In this document: positions 27,870-41,029 of the stretch, piece by piece
Layout: each line of letters starts with the position of its first letter
How positions within the stretch are numbered: the first letter of the stretch is position 1
Source of the DNA: Okamejei kenojei
Lineage: Eukaryota
Reading direction: 5' to 3'
Assembly (NCBI GenBank): GCA_035221665.1
Contig: JAVHYY010000049.1
Location: forward strand, 186,001-250,000
Length of the DNA: 64,000 nucleotides
Notes under the pieces: generated by a model
What the model was told of the DNA's origin: nothing
Seen by the model: the letters and a program-made list of their open reading frames with translations, nothing else
Databases searched by the model: none
Translations under genes and position numbers: made by a program

Positions 27870-29140
27870 TGTGTGGAAGGTAGACAAAAATGCTGGAGAA
27901 ACTCAGCGGATGCAGCAGCATCTATGGAGCGAAGGAAATAAGCAACATTTCGGGCCGAAACCCTTCTTCATGTTTCTGTGCGGTATGACTCTCGATATTA
28001 AGTCATTCAATGATCAGACACGGGCCAGATGTTGCATCTCCTGCGGTTGCAGGCGAAAGTCCCTGGGCTGGTTTGGATGGGAAGTGACGCATCGATCAGC
28101 GAGTTGCAGAGCGAACGGTCTGAGCGAAAAGCAAAAACGGATGGAGATGGGAAGCTGTGGCCAGTAGTGGGATCCCGTTGAAGGTGGTGAACGTGTTGGT
28201 GGAGGATTATATGCTGCATGCGACGGCTGATGGAGTGGAAGGTGAGGACAAGGGTGGGGGGGGGGGGGGGGTGGGGGGGAGCAATAGCGGAGCTGTAGGA
28301 TATCGTGGAGAGCGTCATCTATAATGGAAGAGGTGACCCCCTCCCCGTTTCCTCAAGAATGAGGACATATCCGATGATCTGGTATGGAAAACCGCATCCT
28401 GGGCGCAGATGCAGCGTAGACAGAGGAAGCAGGATGGGAAGAAGTGTAGTCTTGGTAGCTATGTGAGTCATTGGGGTTGTAGTAGATGTCGGTCAATAAT
28501 CTGTCTCCTGTGTAGGAGTCGGTGAAATCCAGAAACGGTAGAGAAATGTCGGAGAAGTTCCAAGTCAATTTGAATCTAATTAGGATGTAAATTAGTTGTG
28601 AAGTTGATTAAACCAGTGCGTTCTTCATGGGTGCTGGGGTGGAGCACCGATGCAGTCGTCAATGTAGCAGAGGTTGAGTTCTGGGATTGGGCCAGTGTAC
28701 GCCTTGGACAGTGATTGTTCAACGTACTCGACAAAAAGGCAGGCATAGCTGGGGCCCATGCGAGTCCCCATAGCTGCGACGTGGACTTGGATGATGCCGG
28801 ACCAGTCGAAGGAGAAGTTGTTCAGGGTAACGGCCAGCTCTGCTAGGCGGTGGAGCGTATTAGTAGACGAGAATTGGCTGGTTCTGCGGCCGAGGAATAA
28901 ACGGAGGGCGTTCATGGTGGGGGATGGGAGTGCAGAGAGACTGGACATCCGTGGTAAATATGAGGGAATGGGGGCCTGGAAAACGGAAGCAATTGAAGAG
29001 ACGTGGAGCGTTGTGTGGTATATTGGACATATGTCTCATTCTAATGTAAACACAAATTGGTGGTGTAAATCAGCGGGTGAGGCGGCATCTCTAGAGTGAA
29101 GAAATGGGCGACGTTTCGGGTCGAGACCCTTCTTCAAACC
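27870..29140 (-). mobile_element. Penelope-like element RT remnant with flanking terminal-repeat fragments
   Basis: ORF 28625-28948 AMGTRMGPSYACLFV..YIDDCIG and ORF 28353-28568 LPFLD..TDIYY.P.DSHSY.DY are PLE RT motifs; hammerhead-type repeats at ~27945-27970 and 29110-29137. Confidence 0.85.
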
Positions 29141-29350
29141 ATTCTAATGTTATTTGCAAATAAAGACCAAATAAGCACTGGTACAATAGGAAACAAAAGG
29201 AACTACAGGTGCTGTAACATTTGGATCGCTGTATCAGGAACGGTCCGAGTCTGCATGGATTTATGCAGGGGGAGTCATGATTGACTACTCTGCTGGAGTT
29301 TTTGAGGATGGAACAAGGACAATGAATAAAGGAGAGCCAGTGGATGTAAT

Positions 29351-29488
29351 GGGGTGAAATATTGTAACCTTCACGTGGTCCGCCCTGTTTTGACGAATGC
29401 AATCAACCCGGCGTGCACAATCAAATAAGATCAAATAGAACACATTGTCATCCAACTTTAGGCTGTGTACGCCATACGCAAGAAGAAG
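29351..29488 (+). mobile_element. Unclassified short retroposon with (GAA)n tail, copy 2, inserted in a CR1
   Basis: Homologous to 19280-19422; flanked by AGTGGATGTA (29339-29348) and AGTGGGTGTA (29487-29496). Confidence 0.65.
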
Positions 29489-29605
29489 TGGGTGTAGCGT
29501 ACCAGGAAAGCCCACGATACGGTCCCACATATGAGATTATTGAGAATATTAGAGCACATGGTATTGCGGGTAGGGTACTGACATGGATAGAAATTTGGTT
29601 GGCTA

Positions 29606-32330
29606 TAGGGCGAAATTTGATCCAACTAATTCCTGTCTCCGCTTTCAATTTAGCTAATTCCGTTTTCAGGGTCTGATTTGACCTTTCGACACGTCTAGCA
29701 GCCTGTCGTCGATAAAGACAGAGTAGTTGCTGTTGGATGCCCAGCTGTTCACAGAATACTTTATTAATTTGCCCAATAAAATGAAGATCATTGTCAGAAC
29801 TAAGCCGAATTGAGATACCGAATCTAAGGATAAGTTCTCCCATAAGCACCTTGACACCAGTAGCCGCTTTGTTATCAAGTGTTGGATATGCCTCGATGCA
29901 TCTGCTGAATACATCGACAATCAGAAGTATATATCAAATTCCTTGGCACTTCACCTGCTCGATATAATCCATTTGACGTGTTTCAAAAGGACCCATGGGC
30001 AAAGGTGTTCTTCCATCTTCACAACCCACTCCTTTGTCAGGATTATATTTCTGACAAATAATACAGCAGCTACACAATTTCTGGGCCTAAGTTTGTAATC
30101 TTGGATGCCACCAAGTAGCCGAAAGAGCATCACCAATTGCTTTCGCACCACAGTGTATACCCTCCACAACCCAAACTGCAGGAGGATCTGTCATACAAGT
30201 CTGCCCTGCCGGAGTAACCCACAATCCTGACATCCAATCTATTGTACATCCAAGCTGTTTCCATAATCTTATATCCCCTTTAGGAGCTTCTTCTTGCATC
30301 TGAATAATTTCCCGGATGGTTGGCATTGACTTTTCCGAGGGACATTTGTTACCTGAACCTCTTATCTGCCTCATCATTTTTGGCACCACCGCCTTGCGTT
30401 CCCGGGATACTTCCTTTGCTGCTAGATCAGCAAAACCATTGTTTACACTCAGATCTTTTCCAACAATACAAGCTCTGATTAAAGCGAACCGCTTAGCCTG
30501 TTGTGCTGAAAAGGGTTACTCAAAGGCAGCTGCCTCCACACTTTTCCCATCGTGGTCCACAATAGCGTACCCAGAACGTTTCCTTCCCTGGGGCCCAATA
30601 GACGCACTCCCATCTACATATAGCGTCATGTCAGGGTCTTCTATAGGAGCGTATTTTAGATCCTCCCTGACAGATGTACCTTCTTGTATTATGAACAAAC
30701 AGTCATGTCCTCATTCTGATTGTTCCTCCGGTGGTGAAATGAGGAAAGGTGCCAGATTAATAGTTGTACAGTGATTAATATTTGTTTTGAGGAGCCATTG
30801 TCAGATGCTGGTACAGTAAAGTTGGAAGGGTCTATCGTAGCGTGGCCTACCTAGTGCTGGAGCCTGCATTAAAGATCCCTTTAAATTCTCGAAGACTTTC
30901 TGAGCTTCTTTCGACAACGGAAATTCGCCCTTTAGCAGTGTCTCCACTTTGAGGGAAATTACCTGAAATTCGGGAAATTCTGGTGGTCTTCGGGTATTTT
31001 TAGAGAAATTGAATAAATTCTGGACATTTCCGCATCCGGCCATGGGTTGATTTGTGGGGGGAATGTTTGCGACCATCCGCACAGTTGGGGGAGGCCGGTG
31101 ACACGGTAGGGGCGCCAAATGACGTCGTCTCCCCGCGCGTGCGCAGTGGGCCACGGCGGGAACGGATCACCACCATTTTCACTACACACAATCACACATC
31201 GCCTCGGCGCCTCGTGCCTAGTCTGGGTGAGTGGGGCCGTGGGATATTGCGTTGGGGAAGGGGGAGTGCAATCTGACCCGCGGGATGATTTGTAAAAAAA
31301 AAGCAGTGCCCGCTTCTCCGGGCCCGGGGCTGCGGTGTTTGCCCGCCCGGTCCATACAAGACGGAAGTTTGCAGTAATAATTCAGCAGTGTTTTCCAGTA
31401 ACCCTTTTCTTGCAAAATTTTCGGTGGTTAATACGACCGTATGTTTTACTGTTTTGCTCCGATACACCACTTCAACTGGCTTAGAGATAGGGTGATGGTG
31501 AACTTGCCCCGTAAATCTGGACAGACTCGCTAATCAGGATCGTGAGAATGGATACATTTGAGATAAGTCTTCTCTGCCCTTGATTTACTTGCCAGTTCCC
31601 TCTTTGCTCTCTCTTTTCTCTCTGTTATCTCTGTTGGCCCCCTACTACATGTCGTTTCCGTGTCGGGCACTCCCTTCTCCAGTGACCTAGTCCACCGCAA
31701 GGATAACATTAGTCTGGGCCCAATACTCTATTCCAGTGTTGTCTTGGTGAAATTGATTCTAAATGCTTTGGTTGACGAGGGTAACCTGGATAATCCGGTT
31801 ATGGCGCCCTTGTCCAGTCTGGCGCATCGTGCTTTGCTCATGTCTGAGGACTATTCCATAAGTCTACAAGCCAATTATCAATAAGGATTACAAAATGCAT
31901 TAAATGACAGTTCCCTAACCCAAACACAAACATCACATAACATTGTTTCGATAGAAAGCACTTAGTGGGAAACAATTCTGCTCAGTAAAGAAACATTATA
32001 CCAGGTAAAGTAAACAGTTTGGGCAAGTCCTCTCTCCTTGACCAATTACAAGTAACGGCGCGAATACCATGCAACAAAGACCGCAAAATTATTGTAACCC
32101 TTCATTTCCCAACCAATTCCAATCATTCATTTGCTTCAGGACTAAGCTCCTTCTGCAAAACCTCATGCATATTAACAATTAAAGGACATCTGGACATCAA
32201 CCTTTATTCAACCTCGTCCCAGGCTACAGTCTCTCTGGTCATGGTCTTTGCAGCTTTTGCAAAAGATATCAAGCCGGTTTTACAGATGCAGAAATCCTCC
32301 ATTTTGGCAAGCACCCAAAATACCTGATAT
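29606..32330 (-). mobile_element. Endogenous retrovirus remnant, class I (epsilon/gamma-like): gag CCHC, pro end, RT connection, RNase H, integrase
   Basis: Zinc knuckle CYPCGGLGHWRREC at 31667-31708; LMQAPALGRPRYDRPFQLYC; RNase H LYVDGSAS..GYAIVD; integrase IVDVFSRCIEAYPT..LRFGISIRLSSDND..VERSNQTLKTEL; frameshifted, most of RT missing; no LTR or env recognised. Confidence 0.9.
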
Positions 32331-32994
32331 TATCAGTTGCATCTTCTGTTATAGCTGACTCAACATGTCGAGCAGACCTTCCCACAGCTTCCACGGGTGA
32401 AGATGTCTCTAGGCGTTGGATTGGGTTGTATGTTGCTGTTGCTCTAGATCAGTTACCGGTGTTGGCGCCGATCCTACAAGATCTCGATGAACGAGTAAAC
32501 AGGACGTAACGGAGGACTCTGTAAATGTGTTTAATCTCCATATTTCTGCTCGTCGTTCATTTGAACCACCCTGGTCGTTGAGGTAAATGGACAGGAGCAA
32601 ACAGCTTAAACAGGAAACCCACAAGAGCTCTAGTTCGGCCGCGTTTTCCCATTTCAAGCGAAAATCATGATGAGATAGTTGGTCAACGGTTGCTGCAGTA
32701 GTTAACATGTCTTTGAAGTTTCAGAATATGAGAAAAATCAAACCACTGCAAATCGCAATGTGGGCCAGGCGGAGTGTAAGTTTAACTCCAGCTGTCTATG
32801 TCTGCGCCAGGCGCCCATCTGCTGCCACCACGCCTTACCCCCTCCTCTCGACATCTGGGGCTCATTAGTTTGCTTGGTATTGAAGGTTAAACCTGCTTCC
32901 ATCAGGGAATCGATCAGGTACAAGACGATTATTTCAGTCTAACCCCAGCTGTTCTCGTGTAAATTAAAACTCTAATGTATTTATCTCCTAGATT

Positions 32995-35900
32995 CATAGA
33001 GTGAAACAGTCATACAGTGTGGAAACAGGCCATTCAGCCCAATTTGCCCACACCGGCCAATTTGTCCCAGCTACACTAGTCCCGCCTGCCAGCGCTTGAT
33101 CCATATACCTCCATACTTGTTCTATCCATGTACCAGTCTAACCGTTTCTTAAACTTTGGTATAGTCCCAGCACCAACTACGTCCTCTGGCAGCTTGTTGC
33201 ATACTTCCTTTGTGTGAAAACGATGCCCCTCAGTTTCGTATTGAATATTTTCCCCTTCACCTTGAACTTATGTCCTCTCGTCGTCGATTGGGCAAGAGAA
33301 TCTGTGCATCTATCCAATGTATTCCTCTCATGAATTTATACACCTCAATAAGATCACCCCTTATCCTCCTGCGCTCCAAGGAATAGGGACACAGTCTACT
33401 CAACCTCTCTGTATAGCTCAGACCATCTAGTCCTGGCAATATCCTCCTAAATCTTCTCCGAAGCCTTTCGAGCTTGACAGTATATTCCTTATAACCTGGT
33501 GCCCATAACGGAACACAATAATCTAAATTCCGTTTCCCCAACGCCTTATACAACTGCAGCATGACCTCCCAACTTCTATACTCAATACACTGATTGAAGT
33601 TGGCTAATGTGTCAAAAGCCTTTGACTATCATATCTACCTGCGACGAGACCGTCAAGGAACCATGCACTGTAACTCCCGGATCCCTCAGATCTACAACAC
33701 TCCACAAAGACCTACCAAGGACAACATCTACCAATAGCTGAGGCCCTCGAGACCTGGTAGCACCCTCGAAAATCTTCACTGCACGCTTTCCAACTTGACA
33801 ATTTTATTCCTCTAACATGGTATATAAAACGACACAATATTCTCAATCTGGCCTTACCACCGTCTTATACAACTGCAACATTATCTCCCAATGTCTATAC
33901 TCAATGATATGACTGATGAAAGCCAATGTGCCAAACACCTTTTTGATCACCATATCTATCTCAGATGCCAATTTGAAGGAACTATATACATATATTCCTA
34001 GATTGCTCTGCTCTACAACACTACCCAAAGACCAACCTTTCAACGTGTAGGTCCTGCCCTTGTTAGACGTCCCAAAATGCAACACCTCACATTTCTCTCT
34101 ATTAAATTCCATCAACCATTCCTCAGCCCACCTGGATAATCGATCAAGATCCTGCTACAATCTTTCACAGCCATCTTAAATATCTGCAAAACCAGCCACA
34201 TTTGTATGATGAGCAAACTTGCTAATCTTGCCCTGTATGTCCTCATCCAAATCATTGATATAGGCGACAAACAGTAATGGGCCTAGCACCGAAACCTGAG
34301 GCACACCGTTAGTCACAGGCCTCCAGTCTGAGAAGCAACCTTGCACCATCAGCCTCTGCTTCGTGCTAAGAAGCCAACTAGCTATCCATTCAGCTATCAC
34401 TCCTTGGATCCCATGCGATCTAACCTTCCAAAGCAGGAACCATGCAGAAAATTGTCGAACGCTTTACTGAAATCCATGCATACAACAAAACAGCTCTGCT
34501 CTCGTCGACCTTTTGGTCACGTCTTCAAAGAAATCAATCAGATTTATGATACACGATCTCCCACGTACAAACCCATGCTGATTATTCCTAATACCCATCC
34601 AAATGCCCGACTAACCTATTCCTCCGAATACTCTCCAGTAACTTTCCAACTACATATATTAAGCTCACCGGCCTATAGTTCCCAGCATTTGACCTGCAGC
34701 CCTTCTGGAATGGAGGCACAACATTTGCCACCCTCCAGTCTTCCGGCAACTCTCCTATAGTTAAGGACGACATAACTTTCAACCATGGCTCCCGCAATTC
34801 CAGTGTCCCACAATGTCCACGGGTATATCTGATCGGGCCAAGGAGATTTGTCTATCTTCATACACGAAGTACCTTCAGTACTTTTTCGACGGCAACAATG
34901 ACAGATCTCAAGACACTTCCATTGACTGCCCCAAGTTCCTCCGGTTTACAGTCTTCACAGGGGAGAAATATTCATTGAGGACCTTGACCTTCCCCCGTGT
35001 CCCAACACAGAGGTGACCGCTTGGAATCCTGACAGGTCCCACTCTCCCTCACTAGTTACCCTTTACCCCCTTATGTATTTATAAAATATTTTGTGATTGT
35101 CCTTAATGGCACCTGCCAGAGCTATCTCCTGGCCCCTTTTTGCCCTTTTTCAGTTTACTCCTTTGTTCCCGAAACTCCTCCAGTGTTGCACTTGATCCCA
35201 GCTGCCTATACCTGTCCCATGTATCCTGCTTGTTTTGATCAAATCCTCAATCTTCATCTTCAGCTAAGCTTCCTTATGTTTCCCTGCGTACACATCCAGA
35301 CCTTTTGTCAGCACATTTAAAAAAAAACATCCCACTTGGCCGATGTTTCGTTTCCCCTCAACTAACCTGCTCCAGGCAGGTTGATGGAGACTTTCTCTCA
35401 TACCCTCAAATTTGGCCTTACTCAACTTGAGCATTTTATCCCGTGGGCCCTTTCTGTCCCTATCCATAAATATCTTAAACCTAATCGAACTGTGGTCACT
35501 GGTTCCAAAAGGCTCCTCCAAAGAACTTGCCCTTCCCATTTTCCCAATACTAGATCCAGTGTTACCCTCTCACTTGTGGGGGCCTCGACATACTGCTTGA
35601 GAAACCCTCCTGAACACTTTTGAGAAATGTCACCCCATCCAAACCCTTCCCTTTGTGATGTTGCCCAGTCAATATTGGTAAAGTTAAAAAACCCTACAAC
35701 AACCTTATTACAGCTGTCTGCAATCTCCTGGCATATTTGTTCTTCTAATTCCGGTTGACGATCTGGGGGCCTGTAGTACACCCCCAACAAGGTGATCATC
35801 TATTTCTTGTTCATCAACTCCACCCATATAGCCTCACCAGACGAACCGTCCGTAATGTCATATCTGACCACTGCCCTGACATCTTCTTTAACCAACATTG

Positions 35901-36440
35901 CAAACCCCCCTCCTCGTTTACCCTCACCCCTGTCTCTCCTGAAGCTTCTGTATCCCGGAACTTTGAGCTGCCAGTCCTCTAGCCCTCCCTTAATCAGGAT
36001 CCAGAAATGACTACAACGTCTCAGTCGCTCGTACCTATGCATGCCCCAAGCTAATCTGCCTTGCCCGTCAGGCCCCTTGCATTAAAATACGCACAGTTTG
36101 ATCCAACCCTCCTTTCTCGCTCTACGCCTTTCACCTGCCTATTCTGTCCACTAACCTTTCTCTCACCACCCTCCATACCAACTTCTAACCTCTCACCTTT
36201 CTCTGTCCTACATGAGACCACACACCCTTGCCAATCTAATTTAACCTGTCCCTTGTAGCTTTAGCAAACCTGCCCGCCTGGATGTCGGTGCCCGCCCAAT
36301 TATAGTGTAACCCGTCCCTTTTGTATAGGTCACCCCTGCCCCAGAAGAGATCACAATGGTCCACATATTTAAATCCTTGCCCTCTGCACCAACCCCTCAG
36401 CCATACATTTATTTCACCTATCTTGCCCTCACTTGCACGA
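32995..36440 (-). mobile_element. Decayed CR1 LINE (ORF1 end through RT) plus a separate CR1 3' fragment
   Basis: ORF fragments GYRSFRRDR..GGG, GVYYRPP, NYRPVSL, GVPQVSVLGP, ERRRIRGDLIEVYK. Confidence 0.9.
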
Positions 36441-39400
36441 GGTACTAGACCCCTCTATTCAATTGTCCTAAAGCTGGTAAGAACGCAGAAAACTCCTACC
36501 ACAGAAGAGCAAAACTCTGGAGCGCAGACGTGCCTCCGGCTCTTTTCCTCCCGTCAGTACCTCCGATCCACGGCAGCCTTTTCTCACCCTTTCCCTTCTC
36601 CCTACCCCCTTCCCCTTCGGTACCTTCCCTCTCATCTAACCATCTATCATCATAAATCAGTCGCTGGTATTCACCATCTGCAGCACCATCCGCTCTCAGA
36701 TTGTTAACGTTTTTCCCGATTTGTTTCTTGTGGGAATGTGCATGTGTGTATGTGCGCGTGCGGAGTGTAAAGAAAAGGCCGGTTGGTGAGGTAAAGGTTC
36801 CAAAATTCCGACATCGTTTATACGGACACAACAAAATATTAGTCTGTAGTGTTCAGTCTAAGGCCGGAGAACCTGTGAGTGTGGCACATCATAGATTCAG
36901 TTAACGGAGAGCATGCGTAGACCCACCTTGGTCAACCGCTATTCCTACGTCATTCCCGTCAACCCAAGAGTCAACATAGTGAATATATCGATAAATTTTG
37001 AGGCCAAAACTCCAGGCACTACGCAACAAGAACCTTGTTAATTTGCTTTGAATATTCCTCCCCTTTGTACTTAATATAATTTGCAATGAAGACCAACAGT
37101 CCATTCACGTCCCTATTTACGGGCTTTCCTCTACACTATCCCCATCCTTCACACTTTGCGCCGCAGATCTCTTTGCACTAATTTTTTCTTATCCCACTCC
37201 AGTGAAATAATAATTTGCTGGTCATTATTTTACCTTCTCACAATAATCGCTGGCTTGACTGTTCAATTAATCAAACTATCTGTCATTTAGGCTTGTGGTA
37301 AGGTATCTAGCTTTGTATCATCAGTAAATCTGGCCACATGAACCTGTCGCTTCATTCTCATTTTCTAGTTTTGAATGCTCTAGCGTTCCAGGATATTGTG
37401 AGAGGCGGATCATGGCCACGTGAGTAACTTGGGAGATGCCCATCACCTAAACGCTCGACATAATCTTACACCATCACCGCATTACCGCCATTTCCCAATG
37501 GCAACTACGCGCATGCCTCCATATTACCGACATTCTGTGCAATGGATTTGGAAACGTTCATGCAGACGTCCCCTTGCCCGAACTGCGCCCTTATTTAGAT
37601 GGGGAAACGGATGTAACCCGGATTACTGCGCGCTCCCCGACAGTTTTGCACATTTGGACAGATATTGGAGAGGACTATGGACCACATGTCGGCAAATGTG
37701 ATCAGCCCGGCATGGCAACTTGTTTCGCATGGACAAGGTGAGTCGAAGGGCCTGTTTCCGTGGTGTACCTCTCTATTAATGGATGACTGATCCCTGTGAA
37801 ATACGCTCTCTCTCCGGTTGCAATCCCCTATTCAACCCACAAGACAATCTCCATGTTGTAATGTATACTCATCTAATTTATACTCATCGTGACTTACGGC
37901 ACATACAAGATCGGTGTGCTGCCTTACACTAGGCTTCCTGCTATTCCTTATTTTTTACACCCAATCACCTTCTCAGTAATCCCCAACCCCAATGAAATGG
38001 CTTCACCGAATCCCACTGGCATTTATTTCACCTAACGATGTTTTCTGTGGAAACTTACTGAATTCTACGTGAGTGTTTATAGTTTTAATTCACCTCTACA
38101 GGCAAGTGTGTCCAATTAGTGAAACGATCAGTAAATTATTATGTATTCATGGTAAAGTCCTACCTTAACAGGGCCACTCACAACCCGGTGATAAACTCTT
38201 GTGTACTTTTGTGTTCATGCACACTCAGTCCTCATTGGTGAGTGCAGGTAGCTTCCCTATAGATAGCGTCACACTTACTGAGTTCTGAGAACTTGGTACA
38301 TTTATAACTGCAGCAGCAAATAAGCAACTGCAGATGCTGGATACGGAAGGAAGGACAAAACGTGAAGGAGGGCCGCGTCCCTGGAGGCTAAGGAAATGTG
38401 CCGTTTCGGGACTGAACCAAATATGAAGAAGAGTCCAGAACCGGATTGTCACCTACCCATATTCTCCAGGGATTCTGCTTGACCCGCTTCGATACTCCGG
38501 CATTTGGTGTTTTTCTGTCCATTTATAGATATTGGTTGGGAGTTCATTTGGGGAAATAGGCACTTGGGGAAAGGTGAACCACGATCAGATGGAATGGTGC
38601 AATGGAGCCCAAGGATCGTCTCCGACTTGTGTTTGCTTCGTCAACATGCCCCCCCCCTCCCCCCTCCCCCTGACACGATTGAACGGACCGGATGGAGCTG
38701 CCTTGATTGAGCAGAGCGGACGAGATCAGCTCCGTGTTTTCATGCCCCGCCCACAATGTGTTAAACGTGATAGGACTAAGACCTGTTAATGATAATAATA
38801 ATAATACTTTTTTTATGGGCGCCTTTCAGGACTCTCAAGGACACTTTACAGATTAAAACAAGCAAATTACAAACATATAAACAAAATGAAACAAAACATA
38901 AGTAGTGGGGACATCAACAATACACAATTCAGAGCGAGCAGCGGCAGCTAATCGCGCCAGCGTCCATTCTCCTTTCCCTGTTGAAACTTGCAACGTATTT
39001 TGTAGGTTGATTCAGGTAAACACAAGACACCTTGATGCAGGGAAGGCCGGGGATAGCAGACCGTTGACTTGAAACGTATACTTCCGATCTGGATATTAGA
39101 ATTTGAGCAAAAACGGCGAGATTGTGGATCTGGCTCCGACAGGTTTGTGTGAAGTAAAGGGTAGAAAGGGATGGAAAAGGGGGGAGCAGGATAAACACGC
39201 TGGGTGGCAATGGAGGAAGGGGGGACGGAACGCAGAATTGTTAGACAGGGTCATGGTAAGGTTGGAGAGGAGGTCGGTGTGGAGCACATATATCGGTATT
39301 GATCAGGGGGACGGAATGTGCCGTTTGAGTAAAACAGACACAAAAGGCTGGAGTAACTATGCGCGTCAGACAACATCTCTGGAGAAATGGATTAGGTGAC

Positions 39401-39636
39401 ATTTCGGGTCGAGACCCTGCTTCAAACTGAGTCGGAAGAAGGGGTAACGATAGATTTAGACGGTGATATAGAGATATAGAACAAATGAATGAACAATGCA
39501 AAAAAAGTAACGTAGATGCATAAAAGTAAAATGTATGACTGCTTCTGAACCCCACATTATTCGCGCCAATGCCCTCAATGTATTGTGAGGACCCGAGTAA
39601 AAACAGACCACTGGAGACACACCGCGTTTTTTGTTC

Positions 39637-39642
39637 TTTATT
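39637..39642 (-). terminator. Polyadenylation signal of the Ig light-chain gene
   Basis: AATAAA on the minus strand 288 nt after the stop codon, followed by a GT/T-rich downstream element. Confidence 0.75.
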
Positions 39643-39929
39643 GAGAGCTGTGTTACACTAGATCCAATCACATCGCGGTCGCCGTCTGTAGGGGTATCTG
39701 CCCCCATTATACACGCAGCGGGAGTGGGACACGGGGCACAAGGGGCAAATAGAGAATAGAGAATCTCGCGGCGTGCAAGGCGGACAATCATCGCGCTGAT
39801 CTCTGAGATAATTACATTACATGAGAGGTTGCTACAGGTTACATTGCACAAGGCGGCCGCAGACCGAGTGAGAGTTTCACAGCGTTAAACAGGGGCAGCA
39901 GATAGACGGGCGCTGCGGATGGCGCGGCG

Positions 39930-40258
39930 TCAGTGCGGGCAGGCTGACGCCGAGACAGTGTGGCGCAGAGGCGAGCTCAGCGAGCTGTGGCTCACGCTGC
40001 ATGAATAGCTCGAGCCCTTGTTCCAGGCGGCGGCGGGGACCCGCAGGTAACTGCTCAGCCTGTACGTCTGCTCGGCGTCCGAGGACACGGCGCCAGTCGT
40101 CACCCCGCTCTCCGTCTCCACGCCGTCCACGGCCCAGCGCAAAGCCACCAAGCCCGGCTTAAAGTTGCTCACCAGGCAGCTGAGAGTGGCCGTGCCCGAG
40201 CCGGTTTCCCCTGGAGAGGGAGGGAGTAGGAGAAGCGAGGGCTTTCGAGACTCGCTAC
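39930..40258 (-). CDS. Immunoglobulin light-chain constant exon (chondrichthyan type I / NS5 class)
   Basis: CCCCACACAG acceptor, phase 1; RKPSLLLLPPS..ATLSCLVS..W..DG..SGV..YRLSSYL..WNKGSSYSCSV.H; C-terminal Cys in ACPH* for the H-L disulphide. Confidence 0.96.
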
Positions 40259-40619
40259 CTGTGTGGGGAAAGGAGGCATTGTTAGTTGATGGAGACCTTC
40301 GACTGCGCCACACTCTGACCCCAACGCGAAACAACTCGGCAACAGAAACCAGCACCGACCGTCGACGAATCAGACGTGGGTGAAATTTGGGGCTCAGGAT
40401 GCGGCCAATCAGCCCATCAAGTCGTGTAGACTGGTCCAGATTAATCCCAGTTGCCGCCTTTCTGCCAACCTCCCATGCCATGTCAGGCCGAGAGCTCCAG
40501 TCCCACTTACTCAGTGTCAAATCACCCTGCCATCCATCCCCCCTACCTGGGACAGCTCAACGGTTTGTCTTTGCAGAGTTCAACACTTTTCCAGATCTGA
40601 AATTCGTTTGACCGTGAAT

Positions 40620-40915
40620 TTGTGAATGTTACTTTCTTAACCGCGTCGACACCGATCGTTAATCACCCGCTCACTCTAGTTCTAAGTTTGCCCACACTCT
40701 GGCCCACTCCCTACACACTAGCGGCAATTTACAGAAGGCCAATTAACCTACAAAACCCGCACTTGTTTGGGATGTGGGAGGAAACCATGACACGCAGAGG
40801 AAACCCACGCGGTCACTAGCAGAACGTGCAAACCGCAAACCTAATGCCCGAGATTAGGATCGAACGCTGCGAGGCAGAATCTCTAACGCTGCGCCGCTGT
40901 GCCGAACCACTTTAA
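40620..40915 (-). mobile_element. HE1/V-SINE-like SINE in the J-C intron
   Basis: Minus-strand head ggcacagcggcgcagcgttagag.. and V-SINE-type core. Confidence 0.75.
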
Positions 40916-41029
40916 TGTGTTGGCAGCGGGATGGCTCAGCTCCGGTCCAATCTCCCACCACCTCCCCACATCATTCTGCGCAAGGTTGCGGTAACGTGAG
41001 AGGGAAAGTCGATCAGTCTGGGACTTCGC

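Noticed and set aside
32814-32830. tRNA-Leu-like primer-binding site (TGGTGGCAGC..) for the ERV
   Set aside because: Only ~10 nt match and no adjacent LTR end (..CA) could be identified
40259-40520. N-terminal extension of the 196-aa ORF over the C exon (and of the 155-aa ORF over V)
   Set aside because: Intronic read-through upstream of clear splice acceptors
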